From: an uncultured Gemmatimonadales bacterium
GTDB lineage: Bacteria > Gemmatimonadota > Gemmatimonadetes > Longimicrobiales > RSA9
Assembly (NCBI GenBank): GCA_963816355.1
Contig: CAWFKH010000003.1
Location: 96,001 to 160,000 of the forward strand
DNA length: 64,000 nucleotides
Reading direction: 5' to 3'
Positions within the stretch are counted from its first letter, which is position 1; every line of letters begins with the position of its first letter. Below the pieces are notes generated by a model, which worked only from the letters and a program-made list of their open reading frames with translations, made no database searches and was not told where the DNA came from. Positions 54,601 through 64,000 of this stretch are shown piece after piece. Position numbers and translations under genes: made by a program.

Positions 54601-55064
54601 ACCGCCTCGCGCGCAGGGCGTGGATGTGGTGGAAAGGGCGGACAGGCGTGCCGTACCCGAACATGCAGCAGGCGTTCATCGGGCCGATGGCCGCGCTCGT
54701 CGACGCGCATACGGCGAGCGACGGCGAGGCGTTCGCGGAGGGGTTCCGCCGGCTCGGACTCGGCAAGGTGGTCGGCGTGCGGACGTGGGGCGGTGAGATC
54801 TGGCTCACCTCCTCGAATCTGCTGGTCGACAACGGCATCGCCAGCGCGGCCGAGTTCGGCGTATACGGTCCCGAGGGGCGCTGGCTGATCGAGGGTCACG
54901 GGGTGGACCCCGACACGGTGGTCGACGACGATCCGGCGGAGAGCTTCGCGGGACGCGACGCCCAGCTCGAGGCGGCGGTGAAGATGCTGCTTTCGGAGAT
55001 CGAGCGCGATCCGCCGCGGCGGCCGAAGCCGCCGCCGTACCCGGGTCATCGGCCGGGGCGCTGA
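51615..55064 (+). CDS. Tricorn protease (S41 family)
   Basis: Signal peptide, PD40/beta-propeller repeats (WSPDG), PDZ, IGYVHL, D.RHN.GG, ASDGE, G.RTWGG. Confidence 0.95.
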   Translation: MSVLPPRPSGQPARPSVRLAVAVAAVAAMLPFQPARAAAPPYLRQPSLHGETLVFAAEGDLWRVDLAGGLARRLTTGEGEESEPAIDPTGARVAFTGTYEGVSDVYVMPLEGGVPQRLTWEGGGGRAAPRAVGWTRDGRVLVASPGHSTLPGVRLESIDPGTGDVAAIPLAEAAFGTYTDAGDLVFTRYPFQGSHARRYRGGTAETLWSFAKGASRAAPLTADYPGTSKDPMVWGGRLFFLSDRDGTMNVWSGAVPAAAAASRGGGAAAEAGLAELTQVTHETAWDVREATISDGVLVYRVGAELRRLDLAGGDSAGVGRVIPIVLPSDFAQEQERWVTEPMKWVTAVALSPSGDRVALTARGEVFVAPTGREGGRLVRVTRGKDVRYREATWSPDGRSLIALSDESGEVEVWRLPANGVGPRTQLTRGGTILRWRALPSPDGARVAHTDKDGRLWVTETTSARTTPVVTDTLSGDAPGDLAWSPDGRWLAFVQSTANGLQQIRLWDSRSGSITAVTTDRLASYSPAWSPDGKWLWFLSDRRFESIVGAPWGAYWPEPYFDRPTKVYALALDSAAPFPLGDRTELDAPARGGEDQAEGAGREGRGARMAAGTAARDEGAGGRAGVVVGDIVPRVALDAPGRRLFEVPLEAGNYSALSTDGKRLYLLDRDAGRRERRLLAVELKKGPLAAKTLASDVAFYDLSADGGKLLVRKGDALYVFDAGTRAPEKLAEAAVDLKGWKFAFDPREEWRQMFADAWRLHRDYFWDPGMRGVDWKSIREKYAPLVERVTERDELADLLGMMISELSTLHAFIRAGDTRQGDVEVAPASLGAELARDSAAGGWRVVHVYRADPDLPDAVAPLDRPDVRVGAGDVVLAVDGRATLSAPDPGALLRGKAGEQVLLRVRAADGGAPRDVVVEPITPARAADLRYAEWEYTRRLLVDSLSGGRIGYVHLRAMSTGDAAQFARDFQAALGKDALVFDDRHNRGGNIDSWVLDRLARRAWMWWKGRTGVPYPNMQQAFIGPMAALVDAHTASDGEAFAEGFRRLGLGKVVGVRTWGGEIWLTSSNLLVDNGIASAAEFGVYGPEGRWLIEGHGVDPDTVVDDDPAESFAGRDAQLEAAVKMLLSEIERDPPRRPKPPPYPGHRPGR

Positions 55065-55065
55065 C

Positions 55066-56487
55066 ATGGCGAGCACGCGCGCACCGGCCACGGCGGCACC
55101 GGGGGGCGGCCTGCTGCGCATCCTGGGCACCGCGTTCGGCCTGGCCATCGCGATCGGCGCCACGATCGGCGGCGGCATCGTCCGTACGCCCGGCGAGGTG
55201 GCGGCCCACCTGCCGTCGGCGGGCCTGTACATGGGGGTGTGGGCGCTCGGTGGCGTGGGCGCGCTCTTCGGCGCCACGATGTTCGCGGAGCTCGGAGCGG
55301 CCGTCCCGCGCTCCGGCGGCGTCTACGTCTTCGCGCACCGCGCGCTCGGCGACGGCGTCGGCTTCTTCGTCGGCTGGCTCGACTGGTTCAACTGGATGCT
55401 GGGTTGGGCGGGGCTCACGCTGATCGTGGGCGAATACACGACGGAGCTTCTTCCCGCGCTCGCCGGGCACGCCACGGCGGTCTCGCTCGCGGTGCTGACG
55501 GCGCTCGTGATCGCCGGGTGGCGCGGCACGCGCACGGCCGGCGGGATCCAGGAGGCGACGAGCCTGCTCAAGACGCTCGCGCTCCTGGCGCTGGTGGCCG
55601 CCGCGTTCGTGCTGCCGCACGCGGCGGTCGGTGTGGCCACGGGCGGCGCGGCGCGGGGAGGGGCGGGCGCGAGCGGCGGTGGCGGGGCCGCGGCCGCGGC
55701 GGGCGCCGCGCCGGCTCTGCCCCACGGCTGGGGGCTGCTGGTCGCGATGGCGCTGGCAATGCAGGGCGTCGTCTTCACGTACGACAGCTACTACGCCGTG
55801 GTCTACTGCGGCGAGGAGATGCGGGACCCGGGGCGGGAGGTGCCGCGCTCGGTCTTCCGCGGGCTGTGGCTGATCATCGGGATCTACCTGCTCGTCAACG
55901 CCGCATACCTGGCGGTGGTCCCGATCGGCCGCATGGCCGGGGACAACTTCGTGGGCGGCACGATGACGCGCGCCATCTTCGGCGCGCGCGGCGACGCGGC
56001 GATCCGCCTGCTGATGATCGTCTCCGTGCTCGGCACAGTGAACGCGCACGTGATCACGGTGCCGCGCATCATGCTCGCGATGTCGCGCGACGGCCTGTTT
56101 CCGCGCTTCGCGCGCCGCATCAACGCGGGAGGCACTCCGAGCGCCGCGCTGGGGGTGAGCTACGCCGTGACGGCGCTGTTCGTCCTCAGCGGCTCCTTCG
56201 CGACGATTCTCGGCATCGAGGGGATCGTCATCGTCACGATGTACGTGGTCACGTTCGTCTCCTTCTTCGTGCTGCGCCGGCGGGAGCCGGCGCTGGAGCG
56301 GCCGTATCGGGCGTGGGGCTACCCGTGGGTGCAGGGGGTGATGCTGCTCTTCACGGTGGCGCTGCTCGCCGCGATGGTCGTCGGGGACGTGATCCACGCG
56401 CTGGTCGTGCTGGTGCTGCTGCTGGCGAGCGGCCCGGCGGCGCGGCTGGCGCGCCGGTGGATCGGCTCGGACCCCCTCCGGGAGTGA
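55066..56487 (+). CDS. APC family amino acid permease
   Basis: IGATIGGGI, AELG...PRSGG.Y, EEMRDP.R.VPR, PRI..AMSRDG, RPYRAWGYP. Confidence 0.92.
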   Translation: MASTRAPATAAPGGGLLRILGTAFGLAIAIGATIGGGIVRTPGEVAAHLPSAGLYMGVWALGGVGALFGATMFAELGAAVPRSGGVYVFAHRALGDGVGFFVGWLDWFNWMLGWAGLTLIVGEYTTELLPALAGHATAVSLAVLTALVIAGWRGTRTAGGIQEATSLLKTLALLALVAAAFVLPHAAVGVATGGAARGGAGASGGGGAAAAAGAAPALPHGWGLLVAMALAMQGVVFTYDSYYAVVYCGEEMRDPGREVPRSVFRGLWLIIGIYLLVNAAYLAVVPIGRMAGDNFVGGTMTRAIFGARGDAAIRLLMIVSVLGTVNAHVITVPRIMLAMSRDGLFPRFARRINAGGTPSAALGVSYAVTALFVLSGSFATILGIEGIVIVTMYVVTFVSFFVLRRREPALERPYRAWGYPWVQGVMLLFTVALLAAMVVGDVIHALVVLVLLLASGPAARLARRWIGSDPLRE

Positions 56488-56527
56488 GGCGGAAGCGGCC
56501 GGCATCCCGGCGTGGACCGCCTCCGCC

Positions 56528-56818
56528 TCAGAACGAGCCGATCGCCTCCAGGCGCACGCGCAGGCGTCCGCCCTCGGCGCCGACCGCGCGGACGAACACC
56601 TCGCCGTCGTAGATCCGCTCGATTCCGCGGTCGTCCACGAGCACCCCTCTGTAGAGGGCGGGCAGGCCGTGGATGATGTAGCGGAGGCAGGTGTCGCGGT
56701 GGGCGAGCTCCGTGAAGAAGACGCCTTCCGCCCGGCGGTACCCCTCCGTCTGCACCGACAGATAGCCGCGACCGGTGAGGTCGCCGAGACTGGCCGGCAT
56801 GGAGACACGGTCGTGCAT
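56528..56818 (-). CDS. Small hypothetical protein
   Basis: GAGG RBS before ATG; globular-looking 96-aa sequence; no family recognised. Confidence 0.6.
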   Translation of the reverse strand: MHDRVSMPASLGDLTGRGYLSVQTEGYRRAEGVFFTELAHRDTCLRYIIHGLPALYRGVLVDDRGIERIYDGEVFVRAVGAEGGRLRVRLEAIGSF

Positions 56819-56979
56819 GGTCGTGGCGGTTCCTCGCGGCGCCCGGTCGTGTTCGCGACCGAATCTAACGCCACGGGTGCCGCGACCGCAGGTGCGCCCG
56901 CCACCGCGCGTGTCGCGCGGCGGGAGCAAGGCCGCCCGGCGCGCTCCGTGGACCGGCGCCGCGAGCGAAGCGCGGCGCC

Positions 56980-58587
56980 TCAGCGCGGCTCGGCTGCCAC
57001 CCGCTTGAACTCGTTGCCGGCGAGGCGGATGGCGCTCGCGGGTCCGCCGTCGGAAGGGAAGGCGAAGGCGGCCACGAGGCCGGAGCCGCCCGCCTCGACG
57101 CGGAGCGCGTCGTGGGCGGCGTCGAACACCTCGGCGCGGCTGTGGATGACGCCGAGCGTCATCTCGAGGCCGCCCGCCACGACCCTCCAGCGCATGCGAC
57201 CCAGGAGGGCGCTCTCGTAGACGCCGGCGTAGTCCGCGAGCGGGTGCTGCAGGGGGGCGAGGCGGGCTTTGCGCTGGGCGAGCTGCTGCCCGAGACGCTG
57301 GCGGTAGGCCGCGGCCATGGCCTCCAGGGAGTCGAGGCGTGCGGCGTAGCGCGCCTCGACGTCCGGCTTGCCGAGCATGCGGTCGTAGATGTAGGTGGCG
57401 ACGAGGTCCGCCGCTGGACTGGCGGGGCCGCCGCCGTTCGTCAGCACGACGACGCCGATGTCGTGCGACGGCATGAACGACATGTGGGAGCGGTAGCCGC
57501 CGAAGCTGCCGAAACGGTGAAGAATCGTGTCCCCCTCGAAGGTCCCGAGATCCCAGCCGTACCCCCAGCCGTAGCGGTGGAACGGTCCGAACTCGGCGTC
57601 CTGGGCCACGCGCATCTCGTGCGTCGACAGCAGCGGCGCCCGAGGCAGGACGCGTTCCCCTTCGACGACGCCGCCGCTGATGTGGGCCGCGAGATAGCGG
57701 GCGAGGTCGCGGGCGGAGGCGTAGTGGCCGCCGGCGGCGTGGAGGTTGGCATCCTTCTTCTCGACCGGCAGCCGGGCGAAGCCGGTCGTCGTCGCGGCGT
57801 GGGGGTACGCGACGCGCGCGTGGTCGATGCGCGACCAGTAGGCCGACGTGTGGCTCATCCCGATGGGCGCCAGCACCTCCTTCCGCACGACGTCCTTCCA
57901 GCTCGCGCCGTAGCGCGCATCCAGGATCATCCCGAGCACGTTGTAGCCCAGGTTGTCGTAGTCGAAGGTGCCCTTGTGCCCGGTGGGCTTGTGGAATCGC
58001 AGCATTGCCGGCAGATCCGCGGGGTCGAACTGGCCCGTGTACGCCGTGACGAGCGTGATCGGGCCCTCGCCCGACAGGCCGTGCGTCATCGACAGCAGGT
58101 CGCGAACCGTGATCGCCTTCGGCTCCACGCCCTCCGCGAACCGCGCCGTCGGCAGGTAGCGGAGGATCGACGCGTCGAGGTCAATGTCGCCGCGGGCGGC
58201 GGCCAGGACCACGGCGAGCGCCGTGAACGATTTCGTGCTGGAAGCAATGTAGAAGGGCGTGTCGCCGTCGACGGGCCGGCCGGTGGCGAGGTCCGTCGTC
58301 CCGAAGCCGCGCGCGTGCGCCACGTGGCCGCCGGTGGCGACGCCGAGGGCGAGACCGGGCGTCAGCCCCGCCGCGACGACGCGGGCGGCGAAGCTGTCCA
58401 CGTCGGCGCGCCAGTCGCCGCCGATCACGGCCTGGCCGCGCGCCCCACCCGCGCCGCCGAGGAGGGCGGCGGCCACGATCGAAGCGCGAGCCGCCGTGCC
58501 CGCTCGCCGCCGCAGGAGCCCCGCCACTGCCCGGCACCGGCCCGGGATCCTCGGCCCCGTTCCTCTTCGCTCCGTTCGCCGCATCAT
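56980..58587 (-). CDS. Serine hydrolase (beta-lactamase-like) with C-terminal DUF3471-like domain
   Basis: FYIASSTK (SxxK), LLSMTHG, YDN, AAGG, YGWGYGW, H.GSFGGY; GGAGG RBS. Confidence 0.9.
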   Translation of the reverse strand: MMRRTERRGTGPRIPGRCRAVAGLLRRRAGTAARASIVAAALLGGAGGARGQAVIGGDWRADVDSFAARVVAAGLTPGLALGVATGGHVAHARGFGTTDLATGRPVDGDTPFYIASSTKSFTALAVVLAAARGDIDLDASILRYLPTARFAEGVEPKAITVRDLLSMTHGLSGEGPITLVTAYTGQFDPADLPAMLRFHKPTGHKGTFDYDNLGYNVLGMILDARYGASWKDVVRKEVLAPIGMSHTSAYWSRIDHARVAYPHAATTTGFARLPVEKKDANLHAAGGHYASARDLARYLAAHISGGVVEGERVLPRAPLLSTHEMRVAQDAEFGPFHRYGWGYGWDLGTFEGDTILHRFGSFGGYRSHMSFMPSHDIGVVVLTNGGGPASPAADLVATYIYDRMLGKPDVEARYAARLDSLEAMAAAYRQRLGQQLAQRKARLAPLQHPLADYAGVYESALLGRMRWRVVAGGLEMTLGVIHSRAEVFDAAHDALRVEAGGSGLVAAFAFPSDGGPASAIRLAGNEFKRVAAEPR

Positions 58588-58708
58588 TCGGCCTCCGCTC
58601 CAGGCATGATCGTCCGGCACCCGCGTGCGGGACTCCGGGCAATGATACGCCTCCCCGCGAGCGGCGGCTTGAACGGATGAAACCGGGTGGGCAGTCGAGC
58701 GGCCGGCG

Positions 58709-59530
58709 TCAGGCCGTGGACCAGAGACGGCGAAATTCGCCCGGCGTCATGCCGGTCGCCCGCCGGAAGTCGCGGCAGAGGTGCGGATGATCCGCGTAGC
58801 CGGAGGCGTGCGCGACGCGCGAGATCGGCTGTCGGCTCTCCTGAATCCTCGCCGCGGCGCGCCGCAGGCGGGCGCGCTTCCGGTACTCGCCGATCGTGCA
58901 GCCGAAGTGGCGGCGGAACGCGCGCGAGACGGAGACGGGGTGCGCCCCCACCAACGCCGCGAGCTCACGCACCGCGACCGGCGCGGGGAGCTGGTCGTCG
59001 AGCGCCTCCTTCGCGCGCGCGAGCCACGGCGGAGGCGCGTCGTCGCTCGCTTCCACGCTCATCGCGGCGACGGCGTCGAGCACGACCTCCTCGATCTCCG
59101 TGCGGGGGTCGCGATCGCGGCGGGGGCCGTCGCCCGCGCCTTCCCGGCGTCGCACCGTTCGCGCGAGCGCCAGGAGCGGCCGCGCGGCCACTCCGCCGTG
59201 GATCCAGCGCCAGGCGTCGAACGCGCGCCCCGCCTCCCCTTCCAGCGCGTCCGCGTCGAAGACGATCTGGAGCGTTCGCGCGCCGCGGTAGCCGACCTCG
59301 TTCGCGTGCTCGACGCCGGCCGGCTTGGCGACGACGCTCAGCGGGCCCGCGTGCTCGTCGCGCCGTCCCACGCGCTCGCTGAGCGAGCCGGCGACCACGA
59401 GCGTCAGGCTCGTCTCCGCGTGGGCGTGCGGTGGCAGCGCGAATGCCGGCGGATAGCGGATCTCGCGCACCTGGAAGGCACCCGCCACGAAGCAGGGTCC
59501 CACGATGACGGCGGACGACTTCGGCTGCAT
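58709..59530 (-). CDS. AraC family transcriptional regulator
   Basis: Cupin (HAH..H) plus HTH: LA..VG.HPV.VSRAFRR..G, GYADHPHL.R.FRR.TG.TP. Confidence 0.93.
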   Translation of the reverse strand: MQPKSSAVIVGPCFVAGAFQVREIRYPPAFALPPHAHAETSLTLVVAGSLSERVGRRDEHAGPLSVVAKPAGVEHANEVGYRGARTLQIVFDADALEGEAGRAFDAWRWIHGGVAARPLLALARTVRRREGAGDGPRRDRDPRTEIEEVVLDAVAAMSVEASDDAPPPWLARAKEALDDQLPAPVAVRELAALVGAHPVSVSRAFRRHFGCTIGEYRKRARLRRAAARIQESRQPISRVAHASGYADHPHLCRDFRRATGMTPGEFRRLWSTA

Positions 59531-59630
59531 GGACGTCCGTACGCGGGGAACGGCGGCCGGGGTTCACGTCGGCTCACCGGCGGGTGGCCGGCGTCGGGAC
59601 GGCGCGCGCGGCGGCGGTGGCCGCGGCAAC

Positions 59631-60988
<1,358 letters not shown>

Positions 60989-60992
<4 letters not shown>

Positions 60993-63043
60993 CGGTCCAC
61001 CTCCCCTTCGTCGCCGGCCGCGCCGCCGTTCCCGGCGAGCGGCAGCGCGATCGTGAACGAGGAGCCCTCTCCCACGCGGCTGCGCACGTCGATGCGGCCC
61101 CGGTGCCGCTCGACGATCTCGCGCGTGATCGACAGCCCCAGGCCGGTGCCCGCGTGGCGGGTCGTGAAGAACGGCTTGAAGATGTGCTCCAGCGTCTCCG
61201 GCGCCATGCCGCTCCCGGTGTCGCGCACGAAGAGCCTCGCCTCGCCCGGCACTTCCGCCGTGCCCACCGTCACGCGGCCGCCCTCCGACGTCGCGTGGAT
61301 CGCGTTCATCAGCAGATTCACCACCGCCTGCTGCATCAGCTCCGGGTCGACCGGGACCGGCGGCAGCTCGGGATCGAGCGCCACGTCGAGCGCGACGCCC
61401 GCCCGCTCCGCCGCCGGACGCACGAGGCGCACCGCGCGCTCCACGATCTCGGCGCCCTCCGTCGGCGTGAGCGTCGGCGTCGCGGGCCGCGCGAAGGCAA
61501 GGAGGTCCCGGATCGCGACGTCGATCCGGTGCAGCTCGCGCGCGATCTCCTCCAGGATCGGCGAGAGCGCCGCGTCGTGCCCCAGCCGGCGCTGGACCAG
61601 CTCGAGGCCGTTGGAGATGCCGATCAGCGGGTTCTTGATCTCGTGCGCGACGCCGCTCGCCAGCTCGCCCACCGTGGCGAGCTGGTGCGCGCGGCCGATC
61701 TCGCGCTGGTGCAGCTCCTCGACCCGGGCGGACGTCTCCGCGAGCTGGGCGGTCATCTCGTTGAAGGCCCGGCCGAGCTCGTCGATCTCGTCGCGACCCG
61801 CCGCGTCGACCCGCACCGAGAGGTCGCCGGCCCCCACGCGGCGCGTCGCCACGACGAGCCGCCGCACCGGCGCGACGACGCCGCCCGCCACGATCCAGGC
61901 GCCGACCACCAGCACCAGCGCGAAGAGCAGCGCGAAGTACAGCGATATCGTGCGCAGCCGCTGCAGCGGCCCGACCGTGTCCTTCACCGGCGCCTCGATC
62001 AGGTAGCGCCACGGCAGGCCCGCCACCGCGACACTGTAGCCGATCACCGCTTTGCCGCCGCGGTCCGCGTACTGGACGAACGTGCCCGGCGCGCCCCGCA
62101 GCGGCGGCGCCGCCAGCGGACGCGCGTAGTCCGGCTCGCCGTGCGCGTGCGAGATGAAGATCGGCACGCCGTCCGCGTCCACGATGAAGCTCTCGATGCT
62201 TCCGGCCAGGTGCGGCGGGATCTCCAGCAGCTTCTCCATGCCGTGGGGCCCGATCACGCCCCCGAGATAGGCCACCAGCGCGCCATCCTCGCCCGTGACC
62301 GGGACGAGCGCGCGGTATCGCGGCGGCGACGTCGTCGTCCGCGAGCGCGACAGCTCCTCGAATCCGCCTCCTCGCCCGCGCCGCTCCGCCGGCCCGCCGT
62401 TCCACCGCGCGAGCGCCGCCGCGACCATCGTCGGCGCCGGGTCCGTTCCGGCACCGGCGACCACGCCGCCGCCCTCTGGCAGGAGCAGGAAGAGCGCCTC
62501 GAACGCCGGCAGCTCGGCGAGCTTGCGCGCGAGATACGCCCGCACCGCCTCCGGTGTCGCGGCCTCCCCCATCGCCAGCACGCTGCCACCCCTTCCGCGC
62601 CGCGCCGCGGGCGGCGTCGCGCCGCCGACCCCGCCCGCGCCGCCGGCGGCCGCCGCCCGCGGGGAGCCCGTCCCCGACGCGCCGCCCCCCCCTTCCGCCG
62701 CCAGGCGAGCCGCACCCGCCGCCAGGAACGCGTTTCCCCCCGCGATCGTCTGCAGGCTCAGCAGCTGCCGGTCCACCTCGCCTCGGATGTGCTGAGCCTC
62801 CACCCCCGCGATCGTGGATAGGTAGCGCCCCGCCAGCCGCTCGATGATGCCGCGGCTGCGCAGGTAGCCGGTGCCGTTCGTCACCAGCAGCGGCAACAGC
62901 GAAAAGACCAGGAACCAGCCGAGCAGACGACGGCCCAGCGGGCCGGCGACCGGCGTGCGGTCCGCGCGCGGAGCCGCGGCGTGCGCGTCGCCCGCGTCGC
63001 CGGCTGCTGCTGCCGGCCTGCCGGCGTCGACTTCGTCCGTCAT
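60989..63043 (-). CDS. Membrane sensor histidine kinase (periplasmic sensor, HAMP, NtrB-like)
   Basis: Two TM helices, HAMP (DEIDELGRAFNEM), GVAHEIKNPL, NLLMNA, PFFTT..GTGLGL. Confidence 0.94.
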
Positions 63044-63185
63044 CGCCCGTTCCGCGTGATCGAGGGAGCGGGGCATTTGCCCCAGCTCACGCTAACGCCG
63101 CGCCGGCGGGAGGGCAAAGGGGACGTGCGCGGCGCGGGCGGCCGCGTGCGATCCGCCGGCGGGGTGGGCGGGCGGACCGGGCCGG

Positions 63186-64000
63186 TCATTTCGTGGCGCT
63201 GACGGCGTAGCCGAGCGCCGTGAAGATCATGATGTAGGCGAGGGCGCCGCAGGCGAGGATGGTGCCGGTGCGGGGGTGCTCTCCGTCGGCGCGCGGACGG
63301 TCGAGGAAGGGGACGACGAGGAGGACGGCGCCGGCGAGGCCGAAGGCGACGATTCCGAGGAGGTCGCCCTCGATGCCGGCGATGCGGGCGGGCAGCATCT
63401 TGAGGGTCTGGAACATGAACATGAAGTACCATTCGGGCCGGATGCCGGCGGGGGCGGGGGCGAAGGGGTCGGCCTTCTGTCCGAGCTCGGCGGGGAAGAA
63501 GGCGGCGAGGCTGGCGAGGAGCGCGAGGGCGAGGAGCCAGCCGACGAGATCGCGGAGGAGGAAGTTGGGGACGAAGGGCACGGAGCGCGGCTGGCCGTGG
63601 CGCTCGACGCTGCGGGGGACGCTCATGCCGTGGCGCTGCACGAGGACGACGTGGAGCGCGACGGTAAGGATGGCGAGGCCGGGCAGGACGGAGATGTGGA
63701 GCGCGTAGAAGCGGGTGAGGGTGGCGCCGGTGATGTCGTCGCCGCCGCGCATGAGGCGGAGGATGAAGGGACCGACGACGGGCATGACGCCGGGGATCGA
63801 GGTTCCGACGCGGGTGGCGAAGAACGAGAGCGTGTTCCAGGGCAGCAGGTAGCCGGTGAAGCCGAGGCCGAGGACGATGCCGAAGAGGGCGACGCCGCTG
63901 ATCCAGGTGAACTCACGGGGGGCGCGGAACGCCTTGAGGATGAGGACGCTGAAGAGGTGGACGAAGAGGGTGAGGATCATGAGGTTGGCTCCCCACGCGT
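63186..64000 (-). CDS. Cytochrome b of a bc-type complex, C-terminal part (5' end outside window)
   Basis: [35 protein letters not shown] motif. Confidence 0.93.
   Translation of the reverse strand, partial: AWGANLMILTLFVHLFSVLILKAFRAPREFTWISGVALFGIVLGLGFTGYLLPWNTLSFFATRVGTSIPGVMPVVGPFILRLMRGGDDITGATLTRFYALHISVLPGLAILTVALHVVLVQRHGMSVPRSVERHGQPRSVPFVPNFLLRDLVGWLLALALLASLAAFFPAELGQKADPFAPAPAGIRPEWYFMFMFQTLKMLPARIAGIEGDLLGIVAFGLAGAVLLVVPFLDRPRADGEHPRTGTILACGALAYIMIFTALGYAVSATK

Overview
This 64-kb window is very GC-rich, gene-dense bacterial chromosome. Gene content and style suggest Gemmatimonadota/Longimicrobiales, which is an inference only. About 58 CDS can be supported. They include priA with an orphan gvpL/F and an HNH gene, an ECF sigma/anti-sigma/TonB-receptor unit followed by an AttEFGH-like ABC cassette, and a DNA-repair cluster (SRAP, DUF72, ligD, ku, MerR-HTH/TPR). 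Further along are a radical SAM-feoB-Cys-rich-feoA operon, several hydrolases and peptidases, an ATP-grasp/SET fusion, a GltD-like/korAB operon, PBP1A, tricorn protease and a sigma54 two-component system after a cytochrome b gene. No rRNA, tRNA, CRISPR array, transposase or integrase was seen. Two genes carry single-base frameshifts. The most notable unannotated signal is a free-standing, highly structured ~285-nt RNA gene candidate (about 51196-51482) with its own sigma70 promoter and terminator; part of it recalls the actinobacterial RNA-polymerase-binding Ms1 RNA. Other highlights are a Fur box before a VIT1/CCC1 gene, two convergent sigma54 promoters, a probable ATC start codon, and repeated local C-rich to G-rich skew flips that ignore gene orientation.
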